From NCBI RefSeq assembly GCF_963921235.1, contig NC_086108.1:2666001-2730000 (forward strand): a DNA stretch of 64,000 nucleotides, written 5' to 3'. The notes below the pieces were generated by a model, which saw only the letters and a list, made by a program, of their open reading frames with translations, did no database searches and was not told the DNA's origin. This DNA is from Mobula hypostoma (lineage: Eukaryota). The translations under genes were made by a program, and so were the position numbers. Below are positions 24,151 through 36,376 of this stretch, in pieces (positions within the stretch are counted from its first letter, which is position 1; every line of letters starts with the position of its first letter).

Positions 24151-24554
24151 AGAGCCTACCTAGGAGAACTTAGCAACACTCTGATCACTTAAGTGTTTTG
24201 TTTTAACTGTGTTCTTGTAAAACTTGTATCTAATTTGTGAACGCTGCTTATCTGATGATCTGTGCTTGTTATACTGCAAGTAAGATTCTCACTGCACACC
24301 AGTGCGAGTGGGAATGTACATTTGCACAAATCATTGAGAGAGGGTGTGGTGGCAGGCAGAGAGGGGACGCTGGTGGAGAGAGAGGGGAGGGTCCTGGAAG
24401 GGGAAGATAGAGGAATGGTCCTGACTGCGGGAGGGGGTGGTGTTGCCTGGCAGGGGGAGAGAGCGGGGAGTGACCTGGAAGGGGGGAGAGAGAGAGGCAA
24501 GAGGAGTTGGTCCTGGCAGGGGGCGAGGGAGAGAAGGAGAGAGAAAAAGAATAG

Positions 24555-25410
24555 ACAAAAATCCAAGGTGGGGACTGCAGCAAATGTTACACCTGGCAAA
24601 CTGGGAGAAAACTATCCGCAAGGATCCATGAACATCAACTGCAAAGCGAAACAACCAACTCTCCCTCGTCTCTACCCAGTGATCATGTAGATAGTCAGAG
24701 GCTTTTTCCAAGGGCTGAAATGGCTAGAACGAGAGGACACAGGTTTAAGGTGCTGGGGAGTAGATACAGAGGAGATGTCAGGGGTAAGTTTTTTACGCAG
24801 AGAGTGGTGAGTGCGTTGAATGGGCTGCTGGTGACGGTGGTGGAGGCGGATACGACAGGGTCTTTTAAGAGACTCCTGGACAGGTACATGGAGCTTAGAA
24901 AAATAGAGGGCTATGGGTAACCCTAGGTAATTTCTATGGTAGGGACATGTTCGGCACAGCATTGTGGGCCGAAGGGCCTGTATTGTGCTGTAGGCTTTCT
25001 GCGTTCTACCCATGAAGATTGAGAGGGGCACAAATTCAACCTGCCGTCAGTGAAAGTCATGGCACACGCAAACACAGGACATGCAAGAGAACTCCTATAC
25101 GTGTGATTTTCCGCAAACACGTAGACCTCGATCCTGGGCAAAATCCAGACCAGAACGCATGGAGCTTGCCACGTAAACAATTAGCAACAAGATTTCCTCC
25201 CCACAGCACAACTGAGTTTTTCTACTGAATCAGCTGATCGAAAAGTATATCAAGGCCAAGCATTCAGAGGACACACCACAATCAACAGTGCACGGATGAC
25301 GTCTCCTCATATGGGACGAAACATTTACAAGTAAATCGCCAGGATCGGAGAACAACTCAACCCAAGCATCAACCACCTGAGCTACACACGTTCACACCTT
25401 CCAAATTATT
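24555..25410 (+). mobile_element. Second Penelope-like lineage: GIY-YIG endonuclease remnant plus terminus, interrupted by CR1
   Basis: KIQGGDCSKCYTWQTGRKLSARIHEHQL ... STHED*EGHKFN..KVMAHANTGHARELL..KHVDLDP. The terminus is shared with 53460-53555. Confidence 0.75.
24679..25004 (+). mobile_element. 5'-truncated CR1 insertion with 8-bp TSD
   Basis: RTRGHRFKV..FFTQRVV; tctaccca at 24671-24678 and 25005-25012. Confidence 0.88.
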
Positions 25411-25454
25411 TCCATCTTATTGTCTGGCTGGGCACCAACAACCTATAGAGGAGA

Positions 25455-26418
25455 TGTAGATGCAGCACTGGGGCTCCACAGGGGACTGTCTTGTCTCCCT
25501 TTCTCTTCACCATTTACACCTCGGACTTCAACTACTGCACAGAGTCTTGTCATCTTCAGAAGTTTTCTGATGACTTTACCATAGTTGGATGCATCAGCAA
25601 GGGAGATGAGGCTGAGTACAGGGCTACGGTAGGAAACTTTGTCACATGGTGTGAGCAGAATTATCTGCAGCTTAATGTGAAAAAGACTAAGGAGCTGGTG
25701 GTAGACCTGAGGAGAGCTAAGGTACCGGTGACCCCTGTTTCCATCCAGGGGGTCAGTGTGGATATGGTGGAGGGTTACAAATACCTGGGGATACAAATTG
25801 ACAATAAACTGGACTGGTCTGTCTACACTGAGGCTGTCTACAAGAAGGGTCAGAGCCGTCTCTATTTCCTGAGGAGACTGAGGTCCTTTAACATCTGCCG
25901 GACGATGCTGAGGATGTTCTACGGGTCTGTGGTGGCCAGTGCTATCATGTTTGCTGTTGTGTGCTGGGGCAGCAGGCTGAGGGTAGCAGACACCGACAGA
26001 ATCAACAAACTCATTCATAAGGCCAGTGATGTTGTGGGGATGGAACTGGACTCTGTCACGGTGGTGTCTGGAAAGAGGATGCTGTCCAAGTTGCATGCCA
26101 TCTTGGACAATGTCTCCCATCCACTACATAATGTACTGGTTGGGCACAGGAGTACATTCAGCCAGAGACTCATTCCACCGAGATGCAACACAGAGCATCA
26201 TAGGAAGTCATTCCTGCCTGTGGCCATCAAACTTCACAACTCCTCCCTTGGAGGGTCAGACACCCTGAGCCAATAGGCTGGTCCTGGACTTATTTCCTGG
26301 CATAATTTACATATTACTATTTAACTATTTATGGTTTTATTACTATTTAATTATTTATGGTGCAACTGTAACGAAAACCAATTTCCCCCGGGATCAATAA
26401 AGTATGACTATGACTATA
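25455..26418 (+). mobile_element. Rex/Babar-type LINE, 5'-truncated, RT C-terminal ORF open (25491-26276)
   Basis: GAPQGTVLSPFLFTIYTSD, KFSDD, LNVKKTKELVVD, KGQSRLYFLRRL, SFLPVAI; tail aataaaagtatgactatgactat. Confidence 0.93.
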
Positions 26419-26696
26419 ATTGTGTGGTCATTACCAGGGAGAAGGTAAAGTCATTACTTCCTGTTTTAGTCAGTAACCAGATGTGGTTAAGGAGGATTTA
26501 GTTTGGTTACCACTAAACCCTTTTCTACAGCTGTTATGAATGTTTAATTTGATGGGCAGGCAATTTCCCGTTGAGCTCATTTAACAGCAGTGTTATGTTG
26601 TGAGCAGATTTAATAGGCTGGAGCAGGAAAGGCCATTCAGCCCCTCAAGTTTGTTCCTTCCATTAATGTGATCGAGGCTGCTTTGTGACTCCAGAT

Positions 26697-26768
26697 CAGG
26701 AGTTCCCAACCTGGGGTTCATGGACCCTTTGCGTAATAGTACAGCATAAACAAGGTTGGGAATCCCCA
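26697..26768. mobile_element. 72-bp hAT (Charlie-like) MITE
   Basis: TIRs caggagttcccaacct / aggttgggaatcccca; 8-bp TSD ctccagat at 26689-26696 and 26769-26776. Confidence 0.8.
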
Positions 26769-27149
26769 CTCCAGATGCACGGCTTTCCAACATAAATCTT
26801 CAGCGATGTGGTTAGCACCGCACTTTACATCACCAGTTCTGCCGTTCCATTGTGGCAGGTTTATTTTCCTTTTCAGCTGCCTTCATGTAACCTTTGACAC
26901 CCTGACTGATCCAGAACTAATCAACCCCCACTTTAAATACACCCAGTGGCTATACCTGCAATGAATTCCACAAACTCGCCACCATCTGACTAAAGCGGTT
27001 CTTCCTCATCCTAGCTGTAAAGGGACGTCCCTCTACAGTGCAAGACTTAAAAATCATTACAAGTTACAAAAATGAATAGTGTGAAAGGAGAACAAGGAAG
27101 TAGTGTTCCTGGGCAATTTGTTTGTGACTGCTGAGATGTTCTTTGCTTG

Positions 27150-27535
27150 GCAGGGTGGAGATATGTCTCTACCAAGGGAGGTGTGAGGTGCTCCGTCCCT
27201 CCACTAGCCTGCAGGACATCCTTGGGCAAGGTGTAGCACCTGCTTAGCCCCCCACCCCCACTACCCCCTCAATCAGGGTCAGCGAAGCCACAGGATCAGG
27301 TGGTGGATGATCACATGAGCAGCCGGTGCAGATCACAAGTCCTGGTTATGTGACCACTGACATCAGGCAGACAATCCCCGAAGAGTATTGATAATGGCTG
27401 GGGTCACCGGTCTTGTAAAGACACTGCCCAGAGGAAGTCAATGGCAAACCACTTCTGTGGGAAAATTTGCCAAGAACCATCAGGGTCGTGGAAAGACCAT
27501 GAGTGCCGATGTCACACAACAAACCTCATAATGAA
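27150..27535 (+). mobile_element. Non-autonomous SINE-like repeat with RTE-type tail; other copies at 29950-30305, 35285-35640, 37975-38330(-), 38570-38680(-), 49990-50295
   Basis: Shared ~380-bp sequence tctctaccaaaggaggtg..gagcagccggtgcagatcacaagtcctggttatg..ggcaaaccacttctgtagaaaaatttgccaag, with a (tga)n tail in some copies. Confidence 0.75.
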
Positions 27536-27959
27536 TTAAGATTCTCTTACTCTTCACTATTTTGATACTGGCAGATACAACATCATAAAGTGCACCTTTG
27601 TTCTGTCCTTTCTCCTGGTTACCGTGGCTCAGTAGCAAAGAGTCATTGCCTCGTCTCAATTCTAAAGGGACACCCTTCTATTCTGAGGCTGTGTCCTCTG
27701 GTCCTAGATTCTCCCACTATAAGTAATGTCCTCCTTACATCCATTCTATCTAGTAGAGATCTCCCCCACCCCCAATTCTTCTAAACTCCAGCGAGTACAA
27801 GCCCAGAGTTAATCAAACACTTCTCATTGTTGACCCTTTGATTCCCCGGATCATTCTGGTAAACCTGTACAGCAGGTTATATGGTGGTACAATATAGAAA
27901 TTGGTCACCTACCCACATATTCTTGTTGTCCATCTACACCACTCCTATACTTTTCTGCA

Positions 27960-28375
27960 CCCTGGTGACTTGAGTCTCTGCCAGTTAGGGCAGCAGTGAA
28001 GATCCCCCATCTCTGGTGGTGTTCAGGGCTTCCTTCATCGTGTCAGTAGCTTCCTCTCAGTTTTCACTACTGTCAGTCATCCAAGTCCCGGGTGGAGACT
28101 CAGGAATACCATCACACTCAGATGCAGAAGAATTCTTCACTGCTGTTTCTGTAACAGTTTGTTTTACCATTCTGGGTTGTTAGCCCTGAGCTTGAATCCC
28201 CAAACCTGGTGGATTGGTGGACCACTCTTAGTCTGGCCTCTAACCTTTGACCTATTTGGCATAGGCGACCCTAACAAGAGCCAAAGCATAAAGCCCAGAC
28301 TCCAGCCGCCATAGCTCTCTGAGTAACTGAGGCACGCGAGCCTCCGAACCCTACGACAAAGTTGTGGTCTTCTCG
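27960..28375 (-). mobile_element. Probable RTE-derived non-autonomous element
   Basis: cctttgacctatttggcataggcgaccctaacaagagc..catagctctc resembles RTE 5' regions in reverse; recognition only. Confidence 0.4.
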
Positions 28376-28534
28376 AGTGCTTGTTTTAAATGTGCATCGC
28401 TGCCTCTGTCACACTTGGGTTTTGTGTTGCAGATACAGCCTGTTGTGTATTTAATAGCTGAGTAATCTTATATATTGTTTGAGTAAGCATTCTTCATTTA
28501 AATAATTCATCATGGGCTGTATGTATAAATCCAT

Positions 28535-29000
28535 GAATTGCAGCAGGGCGAGAGCAGCTGACGCGACGAAGATCGATGAGCTCGTCGGGAAGGCTGTTTC
28601 TGTTCTGGGGGTGGAACTGGATCCCCTGGTGGTTGTGTCGGAGAGGAGGATCCTGCAGAAACTATGGAGCTTTATGGACAATCCCTCTCACCCCCTCCAT
28701 GACAGACCGGACAAACAGAGGAGCACCTTTAGTAACGGGCTAATTCCTCCGAGGTTCACCACTGAACGTCACGGGAGATCCTTCCTCCCTGTGGCTATGA
28801 GCCTCTACAACTCCTCCTCCTCAAGTATACAATGATATGGTTTCATTGCACATCTGTATTTTGTACTATTACTTTTTAATGCCACATTTTGTATTCTTTT
28901 TCATACCTTGATGCTTATATTTCGTATTTTAAAGTATATATTTCTGACTGAGCAGCCTTGCAACGATAATTTCCTTCGGGATAAATAAAGTTTTATCTTA
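28535..29000 (+). mobile_element. Rex/Babar-type LINE 3' fragment
   Basis: MDNPSHPLH..TERHGRSFLPVAMSLYN; tail gggataaataaagttttatctta. Confidence 0.85.
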
Positions 29001-29039
29001 TAACATTACCGTGTGACCTGTGTGTACCTCGCTTAAAGT

Positions 29040-29550
29040 AAGAGGAACAACACCTTGTATTCCGTCTGGGTAGCCTCCAACCTGATGGCATGAACATTGG
29101 CTTCTCTAACTTCTGCTATTGCCCCACCTCCCCCTCGTACCCCATCCGTTATTTATTTATATACACACACTCTTTCTCTCTCTCTCTCCTTTTTCTTCCT
29201 CTGTCCCTCTGACTATACCCCTTGCCCATCCTCTGGGTTCCTCCCCCACCTTTCTTCCTGAGCCTCCTGTCCCATGATCCTCTCATATCCCCTTTTGCCA
29301 ATCACCTGTCCAGCTCTTGGCTCCATCCCTCCCCCTCCTGTCTTCTCCTATCATTTCAGATCTCCCCCTCCCCCTCCCACTTTCAAATCTCTTACTATCT
29401 CTTCTTTCAGTTAGTCCTGACGAAGGGTCTCGGCCTGAAACATCAACTGTACCTCTTCCTAGAGATGCTGCCTGGCCTGCTGCGTTCACCAGCAACTTTG
29501 ATGTGTGTTGCTTGAATTTTCAGCATCTGCAGAATTCCTTGTGTTTACGA
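29040..29550 (+). mobile_element. Penelope-like 3'/pLTR fragment (young subfamily)
   Basis: EEQHLVFRLGSLQPDGMNI ORF end. 29195-29545 is a close inverted copy of 47090-47447. Confidence 0.88.
29413..29449 (+). ncRNA. Minimal type I hammerhead-ribozyme-like motif (variant)
   Basis: agtc-CTGACGA-a-gggtctcggcct-GAAA-cATC-aact: core and stem II present, stem III has a mismatch. Confidence 0.55.
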
Positions 29551-29693
29551 AGTTAGACTCACATTTCAGACACCAGTGTCTCTCTTCGAATTGGTTAAAT
29601 GTTTTGAAATTACCCGCCTTCTGATTCCTCTTTAAACCTCCTGGCTCTTTCCCTAAACCAATGTGTGTCTTTGTCTTTGCCCTGTTCCTACAG

Positions 29694-29856
29694 AGGGACG
29701 AACAGGAGAACCACCCAAGTGGACCATCGGATGGGATTATTCAATCCATCAGCCGATGCCTGCAGATGTCCCTGGGATTGTCACTGTTTGGGGTGGATGT
29801 CATTGTCGACAGCAGATCTGGCAAGCTGGCAGTGATCGATATCAATGCATTTCCAG
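29694..29856 (+). CDS. ITPK1: ITPK1-like coding exon (163 nt): RDEQENHPSGPSDGIIQSISRCLQMSLGLSLFGVDVIVDSRSGKLAVIDINAFP
   Basis: Acceptor ctgttcctacag and donor gttagt. Catalytic Mg-binding motifs LFGxD and IDINAFPG. Confidence 0.96.
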
Positions 29857-30387
29857 GTTAGTACAGATCAGTTACCGGGCAGTGTGCGTCGTGTCTCTAC
29901 CCTGGTACATCTGTAAGTGACCACTGTTGCATTTTGCATTACCTTGGTGGCAGTGTGTGTATACATCTCTGCCAAAGGAGGTGTGAGGTGCCCCTCCCTC
30001 CGGTAGCCTGCAGGTCACCCTTGGGCAAGGTGCAGCACCTGCAATCAGGGTCACGTGAAGTCGTGGGAGCAGGTGGTGGACGGTCGTATGAGCAGCCGGT
30101 GCAGATCACAACTCCTGGTTGTGCGACCACTGACCCCAGGCAGACAATCTCTGGCGAGTGTTGATAATGACTGGGGTCACCTGTCTTGTAAAGGCACTGC
30201 CCAGGAGAAGACAACGGCAAACCACTTCTGTAGAAAAATTAGCCAAGAACAATCATGGTCCCCATGATTGCCCTCATCACACAACATGGCACATGATGAT
30301 GATGTCACAGAATGACTGAAGGAATGCACCACTGGGATGCTTGGAAAGGTGCAAGTGGTGTAAACTCTTTACCAAACCAATGCAAGA

Positions 30388-30580
30388 GATTCTGCAGGCA
30401 CTGGAAATCGAGAGCCACATGCACAAAATGCTGGAGGAACTCAGCAGGTCAGGCAGCATCTATCGAGAAGAATAACTAGTCGACATTTTGGGCCAAGACC
30501 CTGATGAGGGTCAACTGTTTATTTCTCTCCATAGGTGCTGCTTGACTTGCTGAGTTCCTCCAGCATTTTGTGTGTGTTGT
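30388..30580. repeat. Fold-back palindrome of Penelope termini
   Basis: cacaaaatgctggaggaactcagca.. at 30422 mirrors ..tgctgagttcctccagcattttgtg ending near 30572; centre accctgatgagggt (30498-30511). Confidence 0.85.
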
Positions 30581-30929
30581 CAAACTAATTGTATTCTGAT
30601 TTCCACTTCCTTTTTTTCAAAACAAGGCCTTTGAAAATCTTTGAAACCATTCACTACTGACATTTTACAGCCAATTAGAACATAGAACGTTGCTGAGCAC
30701 AGTAGTAGTGCTGTTACAGCCCTGGTGACCGGGGCTGATCGCCCTTCGCTGGCAGGAGTCTGTACGCTCTCTCCGTGACCTTGGGGTGCTCCAGTTTCCT
30801 TCCACATTCCATAGACATATGGGTTAGTGTGTTAATGAGTGCTTACTGTGCTGGATCTCTAAATAACTAAAAATAGAACATGTAATAGTTCCCCTTCCAG
30901 GGCTCTCTGCTCTCATTAGGATTTTTAAA

Positions 30930-31205
30930 TTCTATTTTATTCGTTTATTGAGATACAGCATGGAGCAGGCCCTTCTGGACCTTCAGTCTGCAATCCTACC
31001 CAGCCTAATCATGGAACCATTTACAATGACCAATTAACCTACCGATCCCTGGACTGTGGGAGGAAAGCAGAGCACCCAGAGAAAGCCCACGCGGTCACGG
31101 GGAGAGCGTACAAGCTCCTTACAGGCAGTGGCGGGAATTGAACCCCAGTTGCCGGTGCTATGAAGCGTCACGTTAAGTGCTGCACTGCCATACCAACCCG
31201 TGTGC
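30930..31205 (-). mobile_element. V-SINE/HE1-like SINE (similar copies at 30700-30830 +, 38340-38530 -, 51000-51090 +)
   Basis: ggactgtgggaggaaa..cacccagagaaa..gcgggaattgaacccc. Confidence 0.7.
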
Positions 31206-31454
31206 TGCTGATTATCTTCAGCCAACCATCACCAGTTCATGCAAAATTCTTGGCTGTTGCTGCAAGGTTTGGAGCATCTGTATTCAACAGGTCATCCCAT
31301 TCATTGTAGAACAAACTGGCTTTGAATACAACTATCTCTGCATCTAATCTTGGTTACAGAACTTCCTGGTCTGTTTGTTGAAACAAAAACTTTTTTCTTC
31401 CATTTTTGATTGTTAGTAATCCATCTGTGTATAATTGATTCACTAACAAGGGAG

Positions 31455-32997
31455 AATCCTCAGACCTTGAGAGAGACTAGTGTAGAGATTGCGGGGGCCC
31501 TGGCAGAAATATTTAAAATGTCCTTAGCTACCGGTGCGGTGCCAGAGGATTGGAGGGTAGCACATGTTGTTCCGTTGTTTAAAAAAGGCTCCAAAAGTAA
31601 ACCAGGTAATTACAGACTGGTGAGCCTGACAACAGCAGTAGGTAAATTATTGGAAGGTGTTCTGAGAGATCGGATATACAAGTATTTGGACAGCCAAGGG
31701 CTGATTAAGGATAGTCAGCATGGCTTTGTGCGTGGTAGATTGTGCTTAACGAATCTTGTAGAGTTTTTCGAGGAAGTTACCAAGAAAGTAGATGAAGGAA
31801 AGACTGTGGATGTTGTCTACGTGGATTTTAGTAAGGCCTTTGACAAGGCCCCACGAGAGGTCAGTTCAGAAGGTTCAGGCACTAGGTATTCATGGAGGGG
31901 TTGTAAACTGGATTTGAAATTGGCTGTGTGGGAGAAGACAGAGAGTGGTAGTAGATGATTGCTTCTCAGACTGGAGACCTGTGACTAGTGGTGTGCCTCA
32001 GGGATCTGTGCTGGGACCACTGTTGTTTGTTGTCTATATCAATGATCTAGATGATAATGTGGTAAATTGGATCAGCAAGTTTGCTGATGACACTAAGATT
32101 GGAGGCGTTGTGCACAGTGAGGAAGGCTTTCAAAGCTTGCAGAGAGATCTGGACTAACTGGAAAAATGGGCCAGAAAATGGCAGATGAAATTTAATGCAG
32201 ACAAGTGTAAGGTGTTGCAGTTTGGAAGGGCAAATCAAGGTAGGACATACACAGTAAATGGTAGGGCACTGAGGAGTGTGGAGGAACAAAGGGGTCTGGG
32301 AGTTCAGATACATAATTCCCTGAAAGTGGCGTCACAGGTAGACAGAGTTGTAAAGAAGGCTTTTGGCATCCTGGAATTCATAAATCAAAGTATTGAGTAT
32401 AGGAGCTGGGATGTTATAGTGAGGTTGTATAAGACTTTGGTGAGGCCAAATTTGGAGTATTGTGTGCAGTTCTGGTCACCTAACTATAAGAAGGATATCA
32501 GTAAGATTGAAAGAGTGCAGAGAAGATTTACTAGGATGTTGCCGGGTCTTCAGGAGTTGAGTTACAGGGAAAGATTGAACAGGTTAGGACTTTATTCCTG
32601 GAGCATAGAAGAATGAGGGGAGATTTGATAGAGGTTTACAAAATTATGAGGGGTGTAGACAGAGTAAATGTAAATAGGCTCTTTCCACTTAGATTAGGAG
32701 AGATAAATACGAGAGGACATGGCTTTAGGGTGAAAGGGGGAAGGTTTAGGGGGAACATTAGGGGGAACTTCTTCACTCAGAGAGTGGTGGGAGTGTGGAA
32801 TGGGCTGCCATCTGATGTGGTAAATGAGGGCTCACTCTTAAGTCTTAAGAATAAATTGGATAGGTATATGGATGGGAGAGGTCTGGAGGGTTATGGACTG
32901 GGTTCAGGTCAAAGGTACTAGCGGAATAAAGTTTCAGCACAGACTAGAAGGGCAGATTGGCCTGTTTTCTGTGCTGTAGTGTTCTATGGTTCTATGT
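31455..32997 (+). mobile_element. CR1 LINE, 5'-truncated, RT pseudogene with frameshifts
   Basis: PEDWRVAHV, PGNYRLVSLT, QHGF, DFSKAFD, GVPQGSVLGP, FADDTK, VRPNLEYCVQFWSP; tail gttctatggttctatg. Confidence 0.96.
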
Positions 32998-34967
32998 TGG
33001 AAATCCGAGCAACACACACAAAATGCTGGAAGAACTCAGCAGGCCAGGCAGCATCTATAGAAAAAAGTACAGTCGACGTTTCGGGCTGAGACCCCTCGGC
33101 AGGACTGGAGAAAAAAAGATGATTAGATTTGAAAGGTGGGGAGGGGGAGAGAGAAACACCAGGTGATCGGTGAAACCAGGAGGGGGAGGGATGAAATAAA
33201 GAGCTGGGAAGTTGATTGTTGAAAGAGACAGAAGGCCGTGGAAGAAAGAAAAAGGGGGGGATAAGCACCAGAGGGAGGTGATGGGCGGGCAAGGGGATAA
33301 TGTGTGAGAGAGGGAAAGGGGGATGGGAAATAGTGAAGGGGGGGCATTACCCGAAGTTTGAGAAATCGATGTTCATACCATCAGAATGGAATATAATGTG
33401 TTGTTCCTCCAACCTAATTGTGCCCTCATCACGACACTGGGAGATGTCACTTGTTCTGGCGGATGGAGCGTAAATGCTCGGCAAAGCAGTTTTCCAGTCT
33501 GTTGGGTCTCAGCAATACACGCCAGTAGCACCAATCACAGTATATGACCCCAGCAGACTCACAGGTGAAGTGTCACCTCACCTGGAAGGACTGTCCCAGC
33601 TATGCCTGCCTGCTTGTTGTCTACGTGGAACAGTCTATGTTTCAAGCCTACACTGGTGGGCGTCCCGCACTTTTCCTACGCTGCATTGATGACTGCATTG
33701 GTGCTGCTTCCTGCACCCGTGCTGAAGTCGTCGACTTCATCCACTTTGCCTCCAACTTCCACCCTGCTCTCAAATTCACCATGTCATTTCCAACACCTCC
33801 CTCCTTTTTCTCGATCTCACTGTCTCCATCTCTGGAGACAGTTTATCCACTGATGTCTATTACAAACCTACGAACAACATCTCCTTCTCTCAATTCCTCC
33901 ATCTCAGCTGCATCTGCTCTCTGGATGAGGCTTTTCATTTCTAGAATGAAGGAGATGTCCTCCTTTTTCAAGGAAAGAGGCTTCCCATCCTCCACCATCA
34001 ACGCTACCCTCAATCACATCTCTTCCATTTCACACACATCTGCTCTCACCCCATCCTCCCACCACCCTAGCAGGAATAGGGTTCCTCTTGTCCTCACCTA
34101 TCACCCCACTATCCCACTAGCCCCATAATTCCAGCACATTATGTCCAGCACATAATTCTCCAAAACTTCCGCCACCTCCAATGGGATCCCACTGCTAAAC
34201 ACATTTATCCCCCCCCCACCACTTTCTGCTTTCCGCAGGGATCACTCCCTACGTGACTCCCTTGTCCATTCCATTCGTCCCTCCCCACTAATCTCCCTCC
34301 TGGCACTTATCCTGGCAAACGGAACAAGTGCTACATCTACCTCTACACCTCATCCCTCACTACCATCCAGGGTCCTAAACAGTCCTTCCAGGTGAGGTGA
34401 CACTTCCAGGTGGGAGACCGCTTCACCGAGCATCTACACTCTGTTTGCCAGAGAAAGCAGTATCTCCCGGTGGCCACCATTTTAATTCCACTTCCCATTC
34501 CCATTCCAATATGCCTATCCACAGCCTCCTCTACTGTCGTGATGAAACCACGAGGAACAACACCTTGCATTCCGTTTGGGTAGCCTCCAGCCTGGTGGCA
34601 TGAACGCATGAACATTGATTCCTCAAACTTCCAGTAATGCCCCCACCACCCCTCCCACTTCACCACTTCCCATCTCCTTGCCTGCCCATTGCCTCCCTCT
34701 GGAGCTCCTCCCCCCTTTTTCGTTCCTCCCTGGCCTTCTGTCTCTTTCACAATCAACTTACCCAGCTCTTTACGTCATCCCTCCCCCTCCGGTTTTCACC
34801 GATCACCTGGTGTTTCTCTTCCCCCTTCCCCCCAACCTTTCAAATCTACTCCTCCACTTTTTTTCTCCAGTCCTGCCAAAGGATTTTGGCCCGAAACGTC
34901 GACTGTACCCTTTTCTACAGATGCTGCCTGGCCTGTTGAGTTCCTCCAGATACTTTGTGTGTGTTGC
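32998..34967 (+). mobile_element. Penelope-like element with inverted 5' arm (32998-33598 minus; 33595-34967 plus, with RT and GIY-YIG remnants)
   Basis: PSYACLLVVYVEQ..FLRCIDDCIG (PLE RT), HPALKFT, GDRFTEHL; termini are inverted copies of each other. Confidence 0.9.
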
Positions 34968-35845
34968 GTATTATCGATACCCAAGAGATGGGGTGTTATC
35001 TGGCACTCAATACACTGAGGTAAAAGTTCTCAACACATTGCGTCTACTCTTCAATGTACAAGGTCAAAGCTCAACCGTACCAGTCAGTACCGGAACTGCT
35101 AACATCATAACATTGACCACAGTGCTGGAGGTTTGCAATTATGTGTTTTAGATCTCGCCTGACTGGTTGAGTTCTCCAATTAGTCACGCTTCCTTCCCCT
35201 TTCTCCACCACACTGAAATTTTATTTTAACTTGAAGCAGTTATACAATATTTTTTGGAGATTTATCTGTTCAAGCAGGGTATAGTGGTGGTGGGTGAAGA
35301 TACATCTCTACCAAAGGAGGTGCAAGGCACTTCTTCCCTCCGCTAGCCTGCAGGTCGCCCTTGGGTAAGGTGTAGCCCCCCCGCCCCACGGTCAGGGTCA
35401 TGTGAAGCCATGGGAGCAGGTGGTGGATGGTCGTATGAGCAGCTGGTGCAGATCACAAGTCCTGGTTATGTGACCACTGACACCAGACAGACAATCTCTG
35501 AAGAGTATTGATCATGGCTGGGGTCACCAGTCTTGTAAAGACACAGCCCAGAAGACGGGAATGGCAAACCAGTTCTATAGAAAAGTTTGCCAAGAACAAT
35601 CCTGGTCATGGGAAGACGGTGATCACCCACGGCAATGACGGATAGTGGAGGGCAGGATGGTGGGTGACTTGGAGGGAAGCTGCATGTGGAGGTGTCCCAT
35701 CCTGATGAGGTCGAGGGTTCAAGATTCAAGTTCATTTCTCACACGTACAAAGAAACATACACAGAGAAATGCGGTGTTTGTGTTAACAACCAGCACAGCC
35801 GAGAATGTGCTGGGGGCAACCCACAAGTGTCACCACACATTCCAG

Positions 35846-36376
35846 TAGGGTTGCCAACTGTCCGGAATTAGCCGGGCCATCCCGTATATTGGGCTAAATT
35901 GGTTTGTACCATACGGGATTGCCCTTGTCCTCTATTTCCCCCGCTAAGGTAGAGCGTTCCTCTGAAACCTTTCGTGCCGAAATGGCATAAAGCGAAGAAA
36001 CAATTACCATTAATTTATATGGGAAAAATTTTTCAGCATTCCCAGACCCAAAAACTAACCTACCAAATCACACCAAATAACACATAAAACCTAAAATAAC
36101 ACTAACATGTAGTAAAAGCAGGAATGATATGATAAAATACACATCCTATATAAAGTAGAAATAATGCATGTACAGTGCAGTCGGGAAAATTGAGCCAAAA
36201 CCAATTTGTGGAAAAAAAAATCGGCACATACAGGCGTGTGCACGTCACACATGTGCACACAAGTGCTCGCGCAAGGTTTCATGGTCATGGTAGTCTTCTT
36301 CGGGGTAAACACAAGTGTCCCGTATTTGACTGCTACTCTTGTCCCTTATTTGGGAGTGAGAAAGTTGGCCACCCTA
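35846..36376. mobile_element. hAT (Blackjack-like) non-autonomous DNA transposon
   Basis: TIRs tagggttgccaact / agttggccacccta; perfect 8-bp TSD cattccag at 35838-35845 and 36377-36384. Confidence 0.9.

Noticed and set aside
25491..26276. 261-aa ORF as a host or domesticated gene
   Set aside because: 5'-truncated RT C-terminus with a LINE tail; related fragments are scattered through the window.
29222..29556. Recurrent short ORFs of the 'PDEGSRPETST..DAAWPA' type (also 32984, 34689, 47072)
   Set aside because: Translations of the non-coding Penelope terminus, seen in several frames and on both strands.
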